NCBI GenBank assembly: GCA_963727895.1
Contig: CAVSHT010000005.1
Span: 64,001-128,000 of the forward strand
DNA length: 64,000 nucleotides
Source: an uncultured Methanosarcinaceae archaeon
Lineage (GTDB): Archaea > Halobacteriota > Methanosarcinia > Methanosarcinales > Methanosarcinaceae
Reading direction: 5' to 3'
Part shown: positions 47,441 to 58,688 of the stretch, in pieces
How the letters are laid out: each line of letters starts with the position of its first letter
Position numbering within the stretch: the first letter of the stretch is position 1
Program-made: the position numbers and the translations under genes
Notes under the pieces: generated by a model
Told to the model about the DNA's origin: nothing
Seen by the model: only the letters and a program-made list of their open reading frames with translations
The model's database searches: none

Positions 47441-49429
47441 GTGACCCAATTAAGTTTGTCATCTGAAGAGAAACTCCTTTTATACTGTTCAAGATTAAGC
47501 ATAAGTGAGGACATTAAATGCAAAATAGAAGAAATTTTGGCTTTGATACTTAAACATAGTTATATACTATTAGAAAGTATATTTCTTCATGAACTGCCCC
47601 AGATGCAATAGTTCCAGTCACAAAAAGAACGGTATAGTTGGCGGGCGTCAACGGTACAAATGCTCTGATTGTGGCTATAACTATACAGTAGAGATAAAAT
47701 CAACTGCTTTTTCCGCTTTTGTAAAAAGACAGGCTTTACAACTCTATCTTGAAGGATTGGGCTTTCGTTCAATAGGACGATTTTTAGGGGTGAGTCATGT
47801 TTCTGTCCAAAGATGGATAAAGAAATTTGGTCAGGAGTTAGAGAACCTAAAAAGTGAAAATGAGATATCTATTGTTGAAATGGATGAAATGCACACTTAC
47901 ATCGGTAACAAAAAAAATATTGCTGGATCTGGATTGCTGTTGATAGAGTTGGGAAAAAGTTCATCAACTGCTCTTTTGGTAGCAGAGGAACAGAAACTGG
48001 AAAACTACTCTGGGAAAAAGTGAAGAAAAAAGAGATTGGAGAAGTAATGACAGATCACTGGAGAGCATATGCAGAGGTTCTTCCAGAAAAGAGTCATACT
48101 CAATCAAAAGCAGAAACATTTACAGTTGAGGGATATAACAGCATATTGAGGCATTTTCTAGCAAGATTGAGAAGAAAGACAAAGTGTTATACAAAAAGTC
48201 TTGAAATGCTAAAGTACTCGGTTATTCTATTGATGAAATACAGAAATAAAGAGTTAACTATGTTTAATTAACAATGCCGAAATTTTGAGTAATGACTTGG
48301 ATTGGAAATATACTTTAGAATGTTCTATAAAACAGGGAATTTCTCCACTCTTTTATTGGAATTTGAAGAAAATTAACTATGACAAATATGTACCTTCTGA
48401 AATTATAAAGAATCTGGAAAAAATTTATTACAGTAATCTTGCTCGGAACATGCTCCTTTATGACGAATTAAGTAAAATTCTTACGGCTTTTAAGAAAGCA
48501 GATATTGATACTATAGTCCTGATAGGAGCTTTCCTGACAGAGGAAGTTTATAAAAATATTGGTTTACGGCCAATGAGTGATATAGATCTGCTCGTTAAAG
48601 AAGAAGATATTCAAAAGGCTAAAAAAGAATTAATAAAGTTAAAGTACTCTGCTTATGTATATCCAACGAAAACACATGAGAAATTTCAAACTGTATGTAG
48701 CGAAGAACTACCATTCACACATCAAAATAAAAACAGTTATGTTGAAATCCATTGGGATATTCAGCCACGTAATACTCCTTATATGATTGATATTAATAAA
48801 TTCTGGAGTAATAAAAAACAGTTAAGATAGCTGGCATTGAGACACTGACATTTGCTCCCGAAAATCTATTGCAGCATCTTTGTTTCCATGTAGATAAGCA
48901 TGTTAACCTAAATAGTGCACCTCCAGCTAAGCCTTTAAGAGATTATTGTGATATTGCTGAAGTTATAAATTATTACAAGGATATAATTAATTGGAATTAT
49001 CTTCTACAAAGCTCAAAAAATTATGGGATAGAAGAGCCAATTTTTCAAGGTCTGTTTATTGCAAAAAAGTACTTTGGAGCTCCTATTCCAGAAAATATTC
49101 TCAGTGAACTTGAACCTGTTAAATCCGGTATTTCTTTTGAGGAAATATTTAAAGGATTAACAAAGAACAGTTCAAACAAAAAATATCAATGCCTTGAAAT
49201 GAGTTATCTTACGAATTAAAAAATAATAGATGGGTCTTGGAATAAAGCACGTATCATATTAGGGGATGTTTTTCCATCTAAAGAGTACATGATGTATCGT
49301 TATTCCATTAAAAACGAAAATCAAGTCTACCGATATTACTTCGTTCGTTCAGGCACAGCTCTCCAGTGGGGACTGAACATTTTAAAACAATTGCCGGGTT
49401 ATATTTATAGGTCTACATCTGGGAAGTAA
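47441..49429 (+). pseudogene. Nucleotidyltransferase family protein (NTP_transf_5-like), split by IS1 and two frameshifts
   Basis: GGAGG then GTG at 47441: MTQLSLSSEEKLLLYC...EEIL|IS1|SNDLDWK; RPMSDIDLLV, VEIHW; frameshifts near 48815 and 49218; stop at 49429. Confidence 0.8.
47539..48278 (+). mobile_element. IS1-family element, copy 5 (apparently intact; -1 frameshift at A8)
   Basis: Perfect 8-bp target duplication GAAATTTT at 47531-47538 and 48279-48286; insA 47589-48023 and insB frame ending at 48271. Confidence 0.95.
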
Positions 49430-49554
49430 ATTTTCGATTCCAATATAATCCTGAAACTTACTAAAAAGTGTAAGCAAGAAAAATAATACCTTACACCTGT
49501 TTCTAAAATTTATCTTTTGTTTTTTCACTATAAGATTATGGAATCCGACTGGAA

Positions 49555-50232
49555 TTATTTTATCAAGCCTTTTTGAACATACCAGTCGTAATCGTGGGCA
49601 AAACGTTCTTTATTGGATTTAACAAGCTGACAGAAATATTTTGCTCTCTGGAGATGCATTTCATCCTGATCTGGATATTTTATTTCCCCACGAATCGATT
49701 TTGCCAGCTTTTTACCAAGCTCCTCGGCAGTTCCTGTAGCTTGTTGAATTGCAGAAGGATATGTCCCAACTGCGACATCAAGACCACCAACAACAGTAAC
49801 ACCAAGATGCATGAGCACATTGTTCATGTATTCTACAATTATATCTGCCTTGCTTCCTCCTGCTGTTGATACAGAGCATCCAAATTTTCCGGTCAGCATC
49901 TGGCAATGGATAGCATCCGATAACCGATCAAAAAAAGCTTTCATAGGAGCTGGAACTGAATTAACATAATTTGGGGCACCAAAAACAATCCCATCGGAAT
50001 TCAAGATTCTGTCAAAAAGTTCCTCAAAGTCGTCGATCTGGGGACATTCGCCAGTAGCATAACAGGCTCCACACCCTGTGCAGTATTCTATTTTCAGTTT
50101 ATAGAGATCTATTAGTTCGATTTCTGCGCCTTCTGATTCAGCACCTTTGAGCACGGATTTTACCAGTTGAAGGGTATTGCTTTCATTTCCTCTCGGACTT
50201 GCATTAATTCCAAGAATCTTCATGATTATCAC
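49555..50232 (-). CDS. Iron-sulfur flavoprotein (Isf)/flavodoxin family
   Basis: GINASPR..SNT; CTGCGAC-x5-C. Confidence 0.88.
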   Translation of the reverse strand: MIIMKILGINASPRGNESNTLQLVKSVLKGAESEGAEIELIDLYKLKIEYCTGCGACYATGECPQIDDFEELFDRILNSDGIVFGAPNYVNSVPAPMKAFFDRLSDAIHCQMLTGKFGCSVSTAGGSKADIIVEYMNNVLMHLGVTVVGGLDVAVGTYPSAIQQATGTAEELGKKLAKSIRGEIKYPDQDEMHLQRAKYFCQLVKSNKERFAHDYDWYVQKGLIK

Positions 50233-50263
50233 CTTAGTTAAGTGAATTATACAGGATTAACTA

Positions 50264-51748
50264 TTATTTTTTGCCTTTCGCAGGTATACTGGCAGGAGCT
50301 GTAGAGCCCCTTTTCCCTCTAACCAGGGATGCGAATATCCCAATTATGCAGAAGACAGTAAACAGAGTAAATGCATAATGCAGGCTTGAAACAAATTGTG
50401 GGTAATACTTGGGAGTAATCTCTACAGGACCGATAACAATTGCAAAGATCATCATTGCAATTCCCATCGATAGCATCTGACCAAGAAGACGCATAGTCCC
50501 GTTCATTCCCGATGCAACTCCATAGAATTTTTTGTTGACAGAACTCATGATTGCATTCGTATTTGGAGATGAGAAAAGCCCGAATCCTACACCAAGAATA
50601 ACCAGGGCGATAACAAGATGCGAAATTGGAGTTGTTTCTGTAAGGAAACTGAGACGGAAAAGTCCAAGCGCAGTAAATGTCATTCCTGCAGATGAAACAA
50701 TCCGTGGTTCAATCCTATCAGAAAGTCGACCTGCAATTGGTGAAACAATAGCCATGATGACTGGCTGTGATACCAGGATAAGTCCGGCATGTTCAGGAGA
50801 AAAACCTTTCGTGTACTGAAGATCGAGGCTCAAAAGATAAGTCACTGCATAAGTAGCGCTGTAATTGATAAGCGCAGCCAGGTTCGAAAAAGCAAATATT
50901 CTATTGTTTGTCAGGAGTTTAATATCAAGAACTGGAAACGGTATTTTCATTTCATACAAAGCAAAAACAATAATCCCAATAATTCCTATGCCTAATAGGA
51001 CAGCTCCTTTAAATGCTGGGAGAATTGAAAAACCGTACATAAGGGCAACTACAGCTACACTATATATGATTGAACCTGTAAAGTCGAATTTTTGTCCTCT
51101 GCATTCAGCCCATTCACCTTTAATCTTCCATAAGGTCAGGAGAATTGCTGTAATACCTATTGGGACATTTACGAAGAAGATACTCCTCCAGCCAAGATGT
51201 TGTGTCATTGCACCTCCAAGCAGGGGACCAATAGAAAGCCCAATGTATACTGCAGTAATGTAAGTACCAAGAGCTTTACCACGCTCGCCAGGTGGAAAGA
51301 CAGAGGTAACGATAGCAACACCTGTCCCAAAGATCATGGCACTCCCTATACCCTGGACAGCTCGTAGTCCAATTAGCATTTCCGTTGAAGGGACCATAGT
51401 CATAGCTAAGGATGAAATGCTGAAAATCGCAATACCGTAAAGAAATACCCTCTTCCTTCCATAAATGTCAGCGATTTTTCCAAAGGGGACAAGAAATAGT
51501 GCTGATGAAAGGAGATATGCAGTAGCAACCCAGGAGAGAGAAATTGAGTTCATATGAAATTCAGCACCAAGTGCAGGCAAGGCAATATTTACGGCTGAAC
51601 TATCAAAAGGAGTAAGAAATCCCGAAAGTATCGCAATAAAGAGCACAATCTGTTTACCTATACCGCTAACAGGAGCATTAGGGGCATGGCAGCTTTCCGG
51701 AGCTTTATTAATTGATTTAACATTATTTTCGTTTTCCATATGTATCAC
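50264..51748 (-). CDS. MFS drug:H+ antiporter (DHA2, 14 TM)
   Basis: GKIADIYGRKR, ERGKALG, GWRSIFFVNVPIG. Confidence 0.92.
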   Translation of the reverse strand: MIHMENENNVKSINKAPESCHAPNAPVSGIGKQIVLFIAILSGFLTPFDSSAVNIALPALGAEFHMNSISLSWVATAYLLSSALFLVPFGKIADIYGRKRVFLYGIAIFSISSLAMTMVPSTEMLIGLRAVQGIGSAMIFGTGVAIVTSVFPPGERGKALGTYITAVYIGLSIGPLLGGAMTQHLGWRSIFFVNVPIGITAILLTLWKIKGEWAECRGQKFDFTGSIIYSVAVVALMYGFSILPAFKGAVLLGIGIIGIIVFALYEMKIPFPVLDIKLLTNNRIFAFSNLAALINYSATYAVTYLLSLDLQYTKGFSPEHAGLILVSQPVIMAIVSPIAGRLSDRIEPRIVSSAGMTFTALGLFRLSFLTETTPISHLVIALVILGVGFGLFSSPNTNAIMSSVNKKFYGVASGMNGTMRLLGQMLSMGIAMMIFAIVIGPVEITPKYYPQFVSSLHYAFTLFTVFCIIGIFASLVRGKRGSTAPASIPAKGKK

Positions 51749-51855
51749 TGATTAGAAAGGTCATTATCTGCGGTCTGTAATGTTGAGAGATCCGAATCGA
51801 ATTTATTTGCAGGGTTTACTGTTTCTTAAATAATGCTTTTCAGAATATTTTTGCC

Positions 51856-51875
51856 ATGATTGACTGATCGATCAT
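51856..51875. promoter_or_regulatory. Palindromic operator upstream of the MFS-Isf genes
   Basis: ATGATTGA-CTGA-TCGATCAT. Confidence 0.4.
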
Positions 51876-52315
51876 TTAGTGTATTTCATTATTATTAAAT
51901 ATACCACTCCAGAAGCAAAGTTGATAGAGATTTTTGATAAGATATTTCACAAAAAATTTGTGTTGCGCCTTCAGATCACATAGTTTAGAGGGGTTTTGGT
52001 TAAATAGTAAAAATAGTTTGTGATCAAGATAATTTCAAAACATGTAGTAACTACGTCACTTGTACAGGTTTTTTGATTAAACGTTTCCTAAAAATGTTTG
52101 CAATAAATATGAGAAAGCAAATTAACTTATGATAATTGAGCAGTAACATAAAGAAAATAGAAGTAAATTGAAAGATAAAGGCGATCAAGTTTTATATATA
52201 AATTTGGGATTAAGCCAATATATCCATGCTTGCATGAAAATTTATGGATCAATCAATCAACCAATCAATCAATTAATTATGCCTGTATGAATATTATAGA
52301 GGTTAAAGATTTACA

Positions 52316-53464
52316 ATGAATGAAATAATTATCTGGATACTGATTATGCTCTGTGTTACTCAGTCTGCTGTCTTTTCCGGCATGACGATAGGAGTTTTTG
52401 GTCTTGGAAGACTCAGACTTGAAATCGAGGCCGAAGCAGACAACAAAGAAGCTATTAAAATCTTACAGATCCGGCGTGACTCTAATTTCTTACTTACAAC
52501 TTTACTATGGGGAAACATAGCAGTAAACGTTCTAGTTGCTCAGCTTACAGGCTCAGTGCTAACAGGAGCCTCAGCATTCCTTTTCTCTACTTTCATTATC
52601 ACCAGTTTCGGAGAAATCGTACCTCAGGCGTATTTTTCCAGAAATGCGCTTAAACTTGGAGCAAAGCTAACTCCTCTTGTGCGATTCTACCAGATACTAC
52701 TTTATCCGGTAGCTAAGCCAACAGCTCTTATTCTTGACTGGTGGCTGGGCAGAGAAAAACTTGAGCTTTTCAAAGAGCAGTCTATGAGGATTATGCTCGA
52801 AAAACATATAGAGTCCGGAAGGACGGATATAGGTACTTTTGAAGGAATCGGAGCCCTGAACTTTCTTTCCATAGATGATGTTAGCATTTCTGATGAAGGT
52901 TCACTAATAGACCAAAGAAGTATAATTTCTCTTCCGGTTGAAAATAACCGTCCTGTGTTCCCTCTTTTTAAAAGAGAACCGGCAGACTCGTTTCTACAAC
53001 AGATCGAAGCCTCGGGAAAGAAATGGGTAATTATTACCAGCCCTCAGGATGAACCTGTCATGGTGCTCGATGCCGATGGATTCCTGAGAGATGCAGTTTA
53101 TAAGAAAGGTCCATTCATTCCGCTTTCTTATTGCCATTTTCCGGTTGTCGTGAAATCTCCACAGACCAGGCTTGAGAAAGTAATCAGACAGTTCAAAGTA
53201 TATCCGCAATATCCTGAAGATGATGTAATTGACCAGGACCTTATTCTCTACTGGGGTCAGGAGAAAAGGATTGTTACTGGATCGGATATTTTGGGCAGAT
53301 TGCTGCGAGGAATTGTAGTGGAATGTGACCTGAAATCAGGGTGTGAATCACCTGTCCCACCTTCCCAGCCTGGAATTGTAAGAAGAAGTTTGAGAAGAGG
53401 AAAGAAGAAAGAAAGCAAGGAAGAGAAAAAAGAAAGCAAGGAAGAGAAGAAAGAAAAAGAGTGA
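52316..53464 (+). CDS. DUF21/CNNM-domain membrane protein
   Basis: SAVFSG, LLTTLLWGN, FGEIVPQ; Lys/Glu-rich tail containing a 21-nt duplication. Confidence 0.85.
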   Translation: MNEIIIWILIMLCVTQSAVFSGMTIGVFGLGRLRLEIEAEADNKEAIKILQIRRDSNFLLTTLLWGNIAVNVLVAQLTGSVLTGASAFLFSTFIITSFGEIVPQAYFSRNALKLGAKLTPLVRFYQILLYPVAKPTALILDWWLGREKLELFKEQSMRIMLEKHIESGRTDIGTFEGIGALNFLSIDDVSISDEGSLIDQRSIISLPVENNRPVFPLFKREPADSFLQQIEASGKKWVIITSPQDEPVMVLDADGFLRDAVYKKGPFIPLSYCHFPVVVKSPQTRLEKVIRQFKVYPQYPEDDVIDQDLILYWGQEKRIVTGSDILGRLLRGIVVECDLKSGCESPVPPSQPGIVRRSLRRGKKKESKEEKKESKEEKKEKE

Positions 53465-53534
53465 AAAAGGAAGAAAATATAACTACAAAAATAAAGCAGA
53501 AAATATAACTCAAAATGAATAAAAAAGGATATAT

Positions 53535-54239
53535 ATGAAAATACACTGCATCCAGCATGTTGAGTTTGAAACATTGGGAACTATTGTTGAATGGATAAAA
53601 GAAAGAGAACACTCTTTATCAACCACACATTTATACGAAAATCATGATTTTCCAGGCCTGGATGACTTCGACTTTCTCATAGTCATGGGCGAGCCGATGA
53701 ATATCTATGAATATGAAAAATATCCCTGGCTGAAAAAAGAAAAAACATTTATAAAAGAAGCTATCGCTGCAGGAAAATCAGTTATTGGGATCTGTCTTGG
53801 TGCTCAGCTTGTTGCTGATGTCCTGAAAGCTGAGGTGTTTAAAAACAATGATAAGGAAATCGGATGGTTTCCGGTTTTTAAGATCAAGCAGGAGGCTGAA
53901 AATCCCCTGCTAAAAGATATTCCTGAAAAATTTATAGCTTTTCACTGGCATGGAGATACCTTTGGTCTGCCTGAAGGAGCAGTAAGACTCTTTGAAAGTG
54001 AGGCCTGCAAAAATCAGGGTTTTATTTACAAAAACAGGGTAATTGGACCTCAGCTCCATCTGGAAATGAGCAACATAACAATCGGAAACGTTATTGAAAA
54101 CTGCAAGGATGAACTGATTGAGGGGACATATATCCAGAAAGAGAAAGAAATGCTGGATAAATATTCATTTTTAGCAGAGTCAAAATTATTGATGTTCAGG
54201 ATAATGGACAATTTTCAGGAGAGTATTACAAATAGCTGA
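53535..54239 (+). CDS. Type 1 glutamine amidotransferase
   Basis: GICLGAQL, FHWHGDTF, HLE. Confidence 0.88.
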   Translation: MKIHCIQHVEFETLGTIVEWIKEREHSLSTTHLYENHDFPGLDDFDFLIVMGEPMNIYEYEKYPWLKKEKTFIKEAIAAGKSVIGICLGAQLVADVLKAEVFKNNDKEIGWFPVFKIKQEAENPLLKDIPEKFIAFHWHGDTFGLPEGAVRLFESEACKNQGFIYKNRVIGPQLHLEMSNITIGNVIENCKDELIEGTYIQKEKEMLDKYSFLAESKLLMFRIMDNFQESITNS

Positions 54240-54302
54240 ATAGTTTCGATTATCTTTTGCCCTAAATAATATGGAGAATGGGAAGAGAGTCAAAAATCAT
54301 AT

Positions 54303-54356
54303 AATAGTGCTTAGAACTGATAGAGTGAGAATAGTGCTCAGAACTGATAGAGTAAG
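54303..54356. repeat. 27-bp tandem duplication
   Basis: AATAGTGCTYAGAACTGATAGAGTRAG twice. Confidence 0.8.
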
Positions 54357-54391
54357 CACTGACATAATAAAATTTAGGAAAAAATAAAAAA

Positions 54392-56080
54392 TTAATCTTC
54401 GTAGGCGGGGAGGGTTATAACGCCTATTTCCTGGAGTGGCGAGCCTACAGCAAAATGATAGAGATCCTGAAACTCAATTCCTTTGAGCCCTATTGTATCA
54501 TGTAAAGGGTCATCGAAGAAACACCCAATTCCACAGCCTCTGAGGCCGTTTGCTTCAGCTTCAAGGTAAAGAAGTTGCCCCAAAATTCCACATTCCCAGA
54601 AAAGGTATGGATATATCCAGGTGCCGAATTTGTTAAGAGACTCTTCGAATTCAGAAAGCATGCAGGCAGTAAAACAGGCATCTGCGGCTTTTCGCTGGGA
54701 ACAGGAAAGCTGGGCTGCAAAATCATCAAGGTTTTCTTCCATGAGTAGATACAACTCAAGGTTTGAAGGACAATCTTTTGGTTTTTCCCATAAAAAATCA
54801 GGCCTTATTGCAGCTTTAAACCTTTCTTTTATTTCAGTTTTGCGAAGGAAAATATAAAGTCCTGGAAGAAGATCCTTTACTCGATTTACAAAAAGAAGCA
54901 GATGACTAAAGGAACCAAAAGCAAGGGAATTAAAGATAGGATTATTTTGTGGCAGAGTTCTTTGAAGCATCGAATAGAAAGCTTCTTTTTCCATATATAC
55001 GCTGTTATTCATCTCGATAGCGCTTCTTCTTCCACGAATAACGCTGCGCAAAGAAACAGTTTCAAGATCTGATGGTTTCCTGAAACTTTCAGTTTTTAGT
55101 GATGAAACAGCCTGCATATCGGCTGTTGATTCATCTTTTATCTCCAGATAATTTGTTTCCTTTTTTTGAGTTGCCGAGGCAGCTTTTTCTATACCAACCC
55201 ATTCAACATGTCTGGAGCTTAAATTCTCAGGAATGCTTTCCCAGGAAAGATGTTTAAAAGCAGAAATTACACTGGAAGAAATCCTTCCTTTTATACAGTT
55301 TTTTCTTGCTGGATAGACCGCAAGCAGACAGGCAGGTTCCTGTTTTTCAGGGTTTTTCTCTCCAGATATGCCAAGGAGAGTTGCAATTTCTTCTGAACTC
55401 ATGTCCCCAAGAAGACTTATTTTCCAGCCGAGTTCGGCAGCAGCAAAAGTCAAAGCAGCAGTTGCATGTCCTATATCATGTTGTGCATATCTAAAGGCTC
55501 TAAGCCCATATTTCCAGGAAACCCGCCAGTAAATTGAGGTCATACCTACAAAAAAAGTGCCTTCAGGAAATCCAGAACTTAACAGTTCCCAGGTCTTAGG
55601 GGTAAATTCGGCTCTAACTTCAAGAGCATGAGGCAAAGGAGCATAATGGCAGACCGAAGGATTTTTCAGCAATCCTTTTACATGATCGGAAATAAGGTAA
55701 ACCTCTGTAGGATGAAGGTTTCCACTTGAGGGATTAACACGAAGAGGCCATTTTGCACCATTTGCTTTTTTCCAGGCAGAAATGGAAAAGCTGTCAAAAA
55801 AGAGCCTGGAAATAGATTTCACGTTTACCTCAGAAGGCTTAAGATTTTCCGGTGAAAAAGCCTGTTCATAAGTAGGGAAAATCTCAGATTTTATCTGTTC
55901 ATTATTCCATAAATCCAGATTCAAGAGTCGAGTCCCGCGGTAATTAAGAAATAGATCTGGCTTGATTGCCATATCCAGATGATGGGGACCAGGAGCATAA
56001 GCTTTGAAGTTATGTTTGCTTGCCTGGTGATAAGCCAATATGGATTCAAGTTCTGCTGTCATAATAAACACTCCCTGCAA
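54392..56080 (-). CDS. SagB/ThcOx-family nitroreductase-domain protein
   Basis: YHQASKH, LRVNPSSGNLHPTEVY, WKYG.RAFRY, RRSA, GIGCFFDD. Confidence 0.85.
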   Translation of the reverse strand: MQGVFIMTAELESILAYHQASKHNFKAYAPGPHHLDMAIKPDLFLNYRGTRLLNLDLWNNEQIKSEIFPTYEQAFSPENLKPSEVNVKSISRLFFDSFSISAWKKANGAKWPLRVNPSSGNLHPTEVYLISDHVKGLLKNPSVCHYAPLPHALEVRAEFTPKTWELLSSGFPEGTFFVGMTSIYWRVSWKYGLRAFRYAQHDIGHATAALTFAAAELGWKISLLGDMSSEEIATLLGISGEKNPEKQEPACLLAVYPARKNCIKGRISSSVISAFKHLSWESIPENLSSRHVEWVGIEKAASATQKKETNYLEIKDESTADMQAVSSLKTESFRKPSDLETVSLRSVIRGRRSAIEMNNSVYMEKEAFYSMLQRTLPQNNPIFNSLAFGSFSHLLLFVNRVKDLLPGLYIFLRKTEIKERFKAAIRPDFLWEKPKDCPSNLELYLLMEENLDDFAAQLSCSQRKAADACFTACMLSEFEESLNKFGTWIYPYLFWECGILGQLLYLEAEANGLRGCGIGCFFDDPLHDTIGLKGIEFQDLYHFAVGSPLQEIGVITLPAYED

Positions 56081-56157
56081 CAGGATAGTTAAGAATTCTC
56101 AAATGGCTTTTAGCTAAAGGAAAAATGAGATTAAAACAAAATTAACTTTTAAAGGAA

Positions 56158-56700
56158 TTAAATTTTTTTCATGGCTTCAAGTACGGCTTTTCCAAAAGCT
56201 TCAGCACTTGCAGGGTCTCGCCCTGTGATCACATGGTCTGAAACCACTACCTCTCTATCCAGATAGACTACTCCATGTTCCTTAAGTTCGCGTACCGTAT
56301 CTGAACTCTTGAAGACTGTACTCTCTTTACCCTTCAAGATACCTGTTCTTGCCAGTACTACCGGAGAAATGCAGATTGCAGAAATAACCTTTTGTCGAGC
56401 ATCCGCTTTCTTAACGAGTTCATGCAACTCTTTATTATCCCAAAGATATTTTTTTGAGCCTGAACCGCCGGAAATTACTATTGCATCGTAATCGTCAATA
56501 TTAGCTTCTGAAATTGTAATATCAGGTTTTATTGTGCCTCCCAGCATTCCTTTTGCAATTTTCGTAGATTCAGCTGCTACAGTAACTTTTACTCCTGCGC
56601 TCTCAAAAAGCTGCTTTGGAACAAAACATTCCTCATCTCGGAACTGTTCCTGGGCGATTACAAGCAAGATTTTCTTGCCTTCATGTTCGATTTCTGTCAT
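56158..56700 (-). CDS. DJ-1/PfpI family protein
   Basis: FRDEE, ISGG.G, AICISP, ITGRDP. Confidence 0.9.
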   Translation of the reverse strand: MTEIEHEGKKILLVIAQEQFRDEECFVPKQLFESAGVKVTVAAESTKIAKGMLGGTIKPDITISEANIDDYDAIVISGGSGSKKYLWDNKELHELVKKADARQKVISAICISPVVLARTGILKGKESTVFKSSDTVRELKEHGVVYLDREVVVSDHVITGRDPASAEAFGKAVLEAMKKI

Positions 56701-56869
56701 CTGACTACCTTCCTGTAATGCTTGAAATTAAAAAATGTAAGTAATGAGAAATGAAATGATTCAGTAACCCTGTTTCCTTAAGGATATATCCATAAAAATA
56801 TAAATGGATGCCTCTTTTAGAAAAGTAACGAGTCTGAATAATCGGTTTATAAAATGTATTCTACCCGAT

Positions 56870-58225
56870 TTAAGTTATAAGTAAATATAGAACTGCGGAA
56901 ATCCCAGCTCCTATAAATGTTGCCACGAAATTTACTCCGCTATTTGAGAGCAATCCTCTTTTCTGAAGAGTAGCCCCAAGGAAGCTATCTATATTTGTCC
57001 CAATAAAGCCTCCTGCTGTTGTAATAAGGACTGCTAATAATAGATTATCTGTGATCCCCAGTAAATAACCAAGAACTCCTATTACTGCAGAACCTAAGAT
57101 TGCAGCAAGTTCTCCAAGAATAGATACAGCTCCGTCGATCCCGGGTTCTGAGGGCTTCAGTGTTGTTATCATTATTGGCCTTCCTTTTGCCGTTGTTCCG
57201 ATTTCACTTGCCAGAGTATCTCCGGTAGCTGTTGCAACTGTGCCCATATAGGCATAGATAATAGGGAGACTGTGTTCAGGAAAAACTCCGTATGCTACTG
57301 CTAGAGCAAGAGCTGCCGTACTGTTAGAAAATACATTTTCGTAACTCCTAATGCCGTCTTTAGCCTGAGCAATTCCTATGGATTCTTTGTACGCATATTT
57401 GTATCTTGTAAACCCGCCTCCGAGAATAAAAAATGTTAATAGAAGCAGGAACCAGGAAAGCCCACTGAAAACAATAATCAGGACTCCTAGAAGAGCTGCA
57501 CTCAGAAGGGCAGAAACGTCTGCAATCTTTGCTCTGTAAGCCAGAACGCCAAGGAAAAACGAGAAGACCAGTGCTAAAATCATTTTTTCGGGAGGTACCC
57601 AGTACCTGACCTTTTCAAAAATCCACATTGTCATTCCTGCACCTAGAGATACAGAAATGTTCTTATCTATTTCGGAAGGAATTGATTCAAAAAGAGAACC
57701 TGTAACCGCCCCGATAACGGCTATGAAGAAAACAAGATTATATGAAACCGGAAGTTGCTGCCAGTAAACAATCCAGCTTGCAGCAAAGAATGCAGCAATA
57801 ATTCTAATTCCCAGAAAAGCTGAACTCCAGATTATGGAAAAACTTCTTTTTTTAATTCTGCTGCGTCTTGAGTTAAAACCAAGTACATCATCTGTTTCGG
57901 AAAAAGAGGTCTTATGGTTTCCTACTGCTGCAACCGCAAAAGCAGCAAGCACTATGTAAAAAGGATAAATGTAAGAAGAGACTCCTGAGATTATAGAAAC
58001 AAAGAGCATGAGAGAAAGAGATAAAATAAGGCCAAGAAAATCTCTGTTGCAGGAATAAGAACTTTTTGAAAATCTAAAAGCTATAAAAATTATTAGGGAG
58101 AGTAAAAAAAGGAAATGTACCCCTGCAAAAGGAGCTATAATAATGAGCAGGAAATAAAGGATATGCATTACAGGAATCTCTCGGCAGGAATTTCCTTTTC
58201 TGAAATATTGGGCAGCTCTGTTCAT
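56870..58225 (-). CDS. DUF92 (TIGR00297-like) membrane protein
   Basis: DTLASEIG, DGAVSILGE, DSFLGATLQ, VNF. Confidence 0.85.
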   Translation of the reverse strand: MNRAAQYFRKGNSCREIPVMHILYFLLIIIAPFAGVHFLFLLSLIIFIAFRFSKSSYSCNRDFLGLILSLSLMLFVSIISGVSSYIYPFYIVLAAFAVAAVGNHKTSFSETDDVLGFNSRRSRIKKRSFSIIWSSAFLGIRIIAAFFAASWIVYWQQLPVSYNLVFFIAVIGAVTGSLFESIPSEIDKNISVSLGAGMTMWIFEKVRYWVPPEKMILALVFSFFLGVLAYRAKIADVSALLSAALLGVLIIVFSGLSWFLLLLTFFILGGGFTRYKYAYKESIGIAQAKDGIRSYENVFSNSTAALALAVAYGVFPEHSLPIIYAYMGTVATATGDTLASEIGTTAKGRPIMITTLKPSEPGIDGAVSILGELAAILGSAVIGVLGYLLGITDNLLLAVLITTAGGFIGTNIDSFLGATLQKRGLLSNSGVNFVATFIGAGISAVLYLLIT

Positions 58226-58455
58226 TATAAGACATCTTTTGTTTTTAATCTTTGTGAAAATTTATATAAAGGGACTTATCTTTATAAATAAATAGTTGTT
58301 TTTGTTTCAGGAATTATTTAAAAACACGATTAAAATTTGAAAATATCTTCTTGACAGTTGCGGTAGCTAAGATTTACGTAAGCTCTTTAGATATTGTCCA
58401 ATAAATAAAATAACTTTTGCTTCATATTTTATTTTTAGAATTAAATAAAAAATTA

Positions 58456-58517
58456 TACATTTAGAAGTTTCTACATTTAGAAGTTTCTACATTTAGAAGT
58501 TTCTACATTTTAGAAGG
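58456..58517. repeat. 16-bp tandem repeat TACATTTAGAAGTTTC, about 3.5 copies
   Basis: Direct units at 58456, 58472 and 58488, and a degenerate unit at 58504. Confidence 0.85.
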
Positions 58518-58688
58518 TTTTCAGATATTATTTATTTTCGGAATTTTGAGAACTTTTATGTTAACTTGTTCTGCAAATCTTACAGTGCCAAACCTGAAAA
58601 AATTGTGATCAATAAGTATAACCAGCAATAAATTAGTATTATTATAACTGGAGAGGTTGCAAACCACAATTATTGGTGAGGAAAAAGT

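Noticed and set aside
54392..56080. SagB-like gene as part of a TOMM/RiPP cluster
   Set aside because: No YcaO, precursor peptide or dedicated transporter nearby; stand-alone members are common
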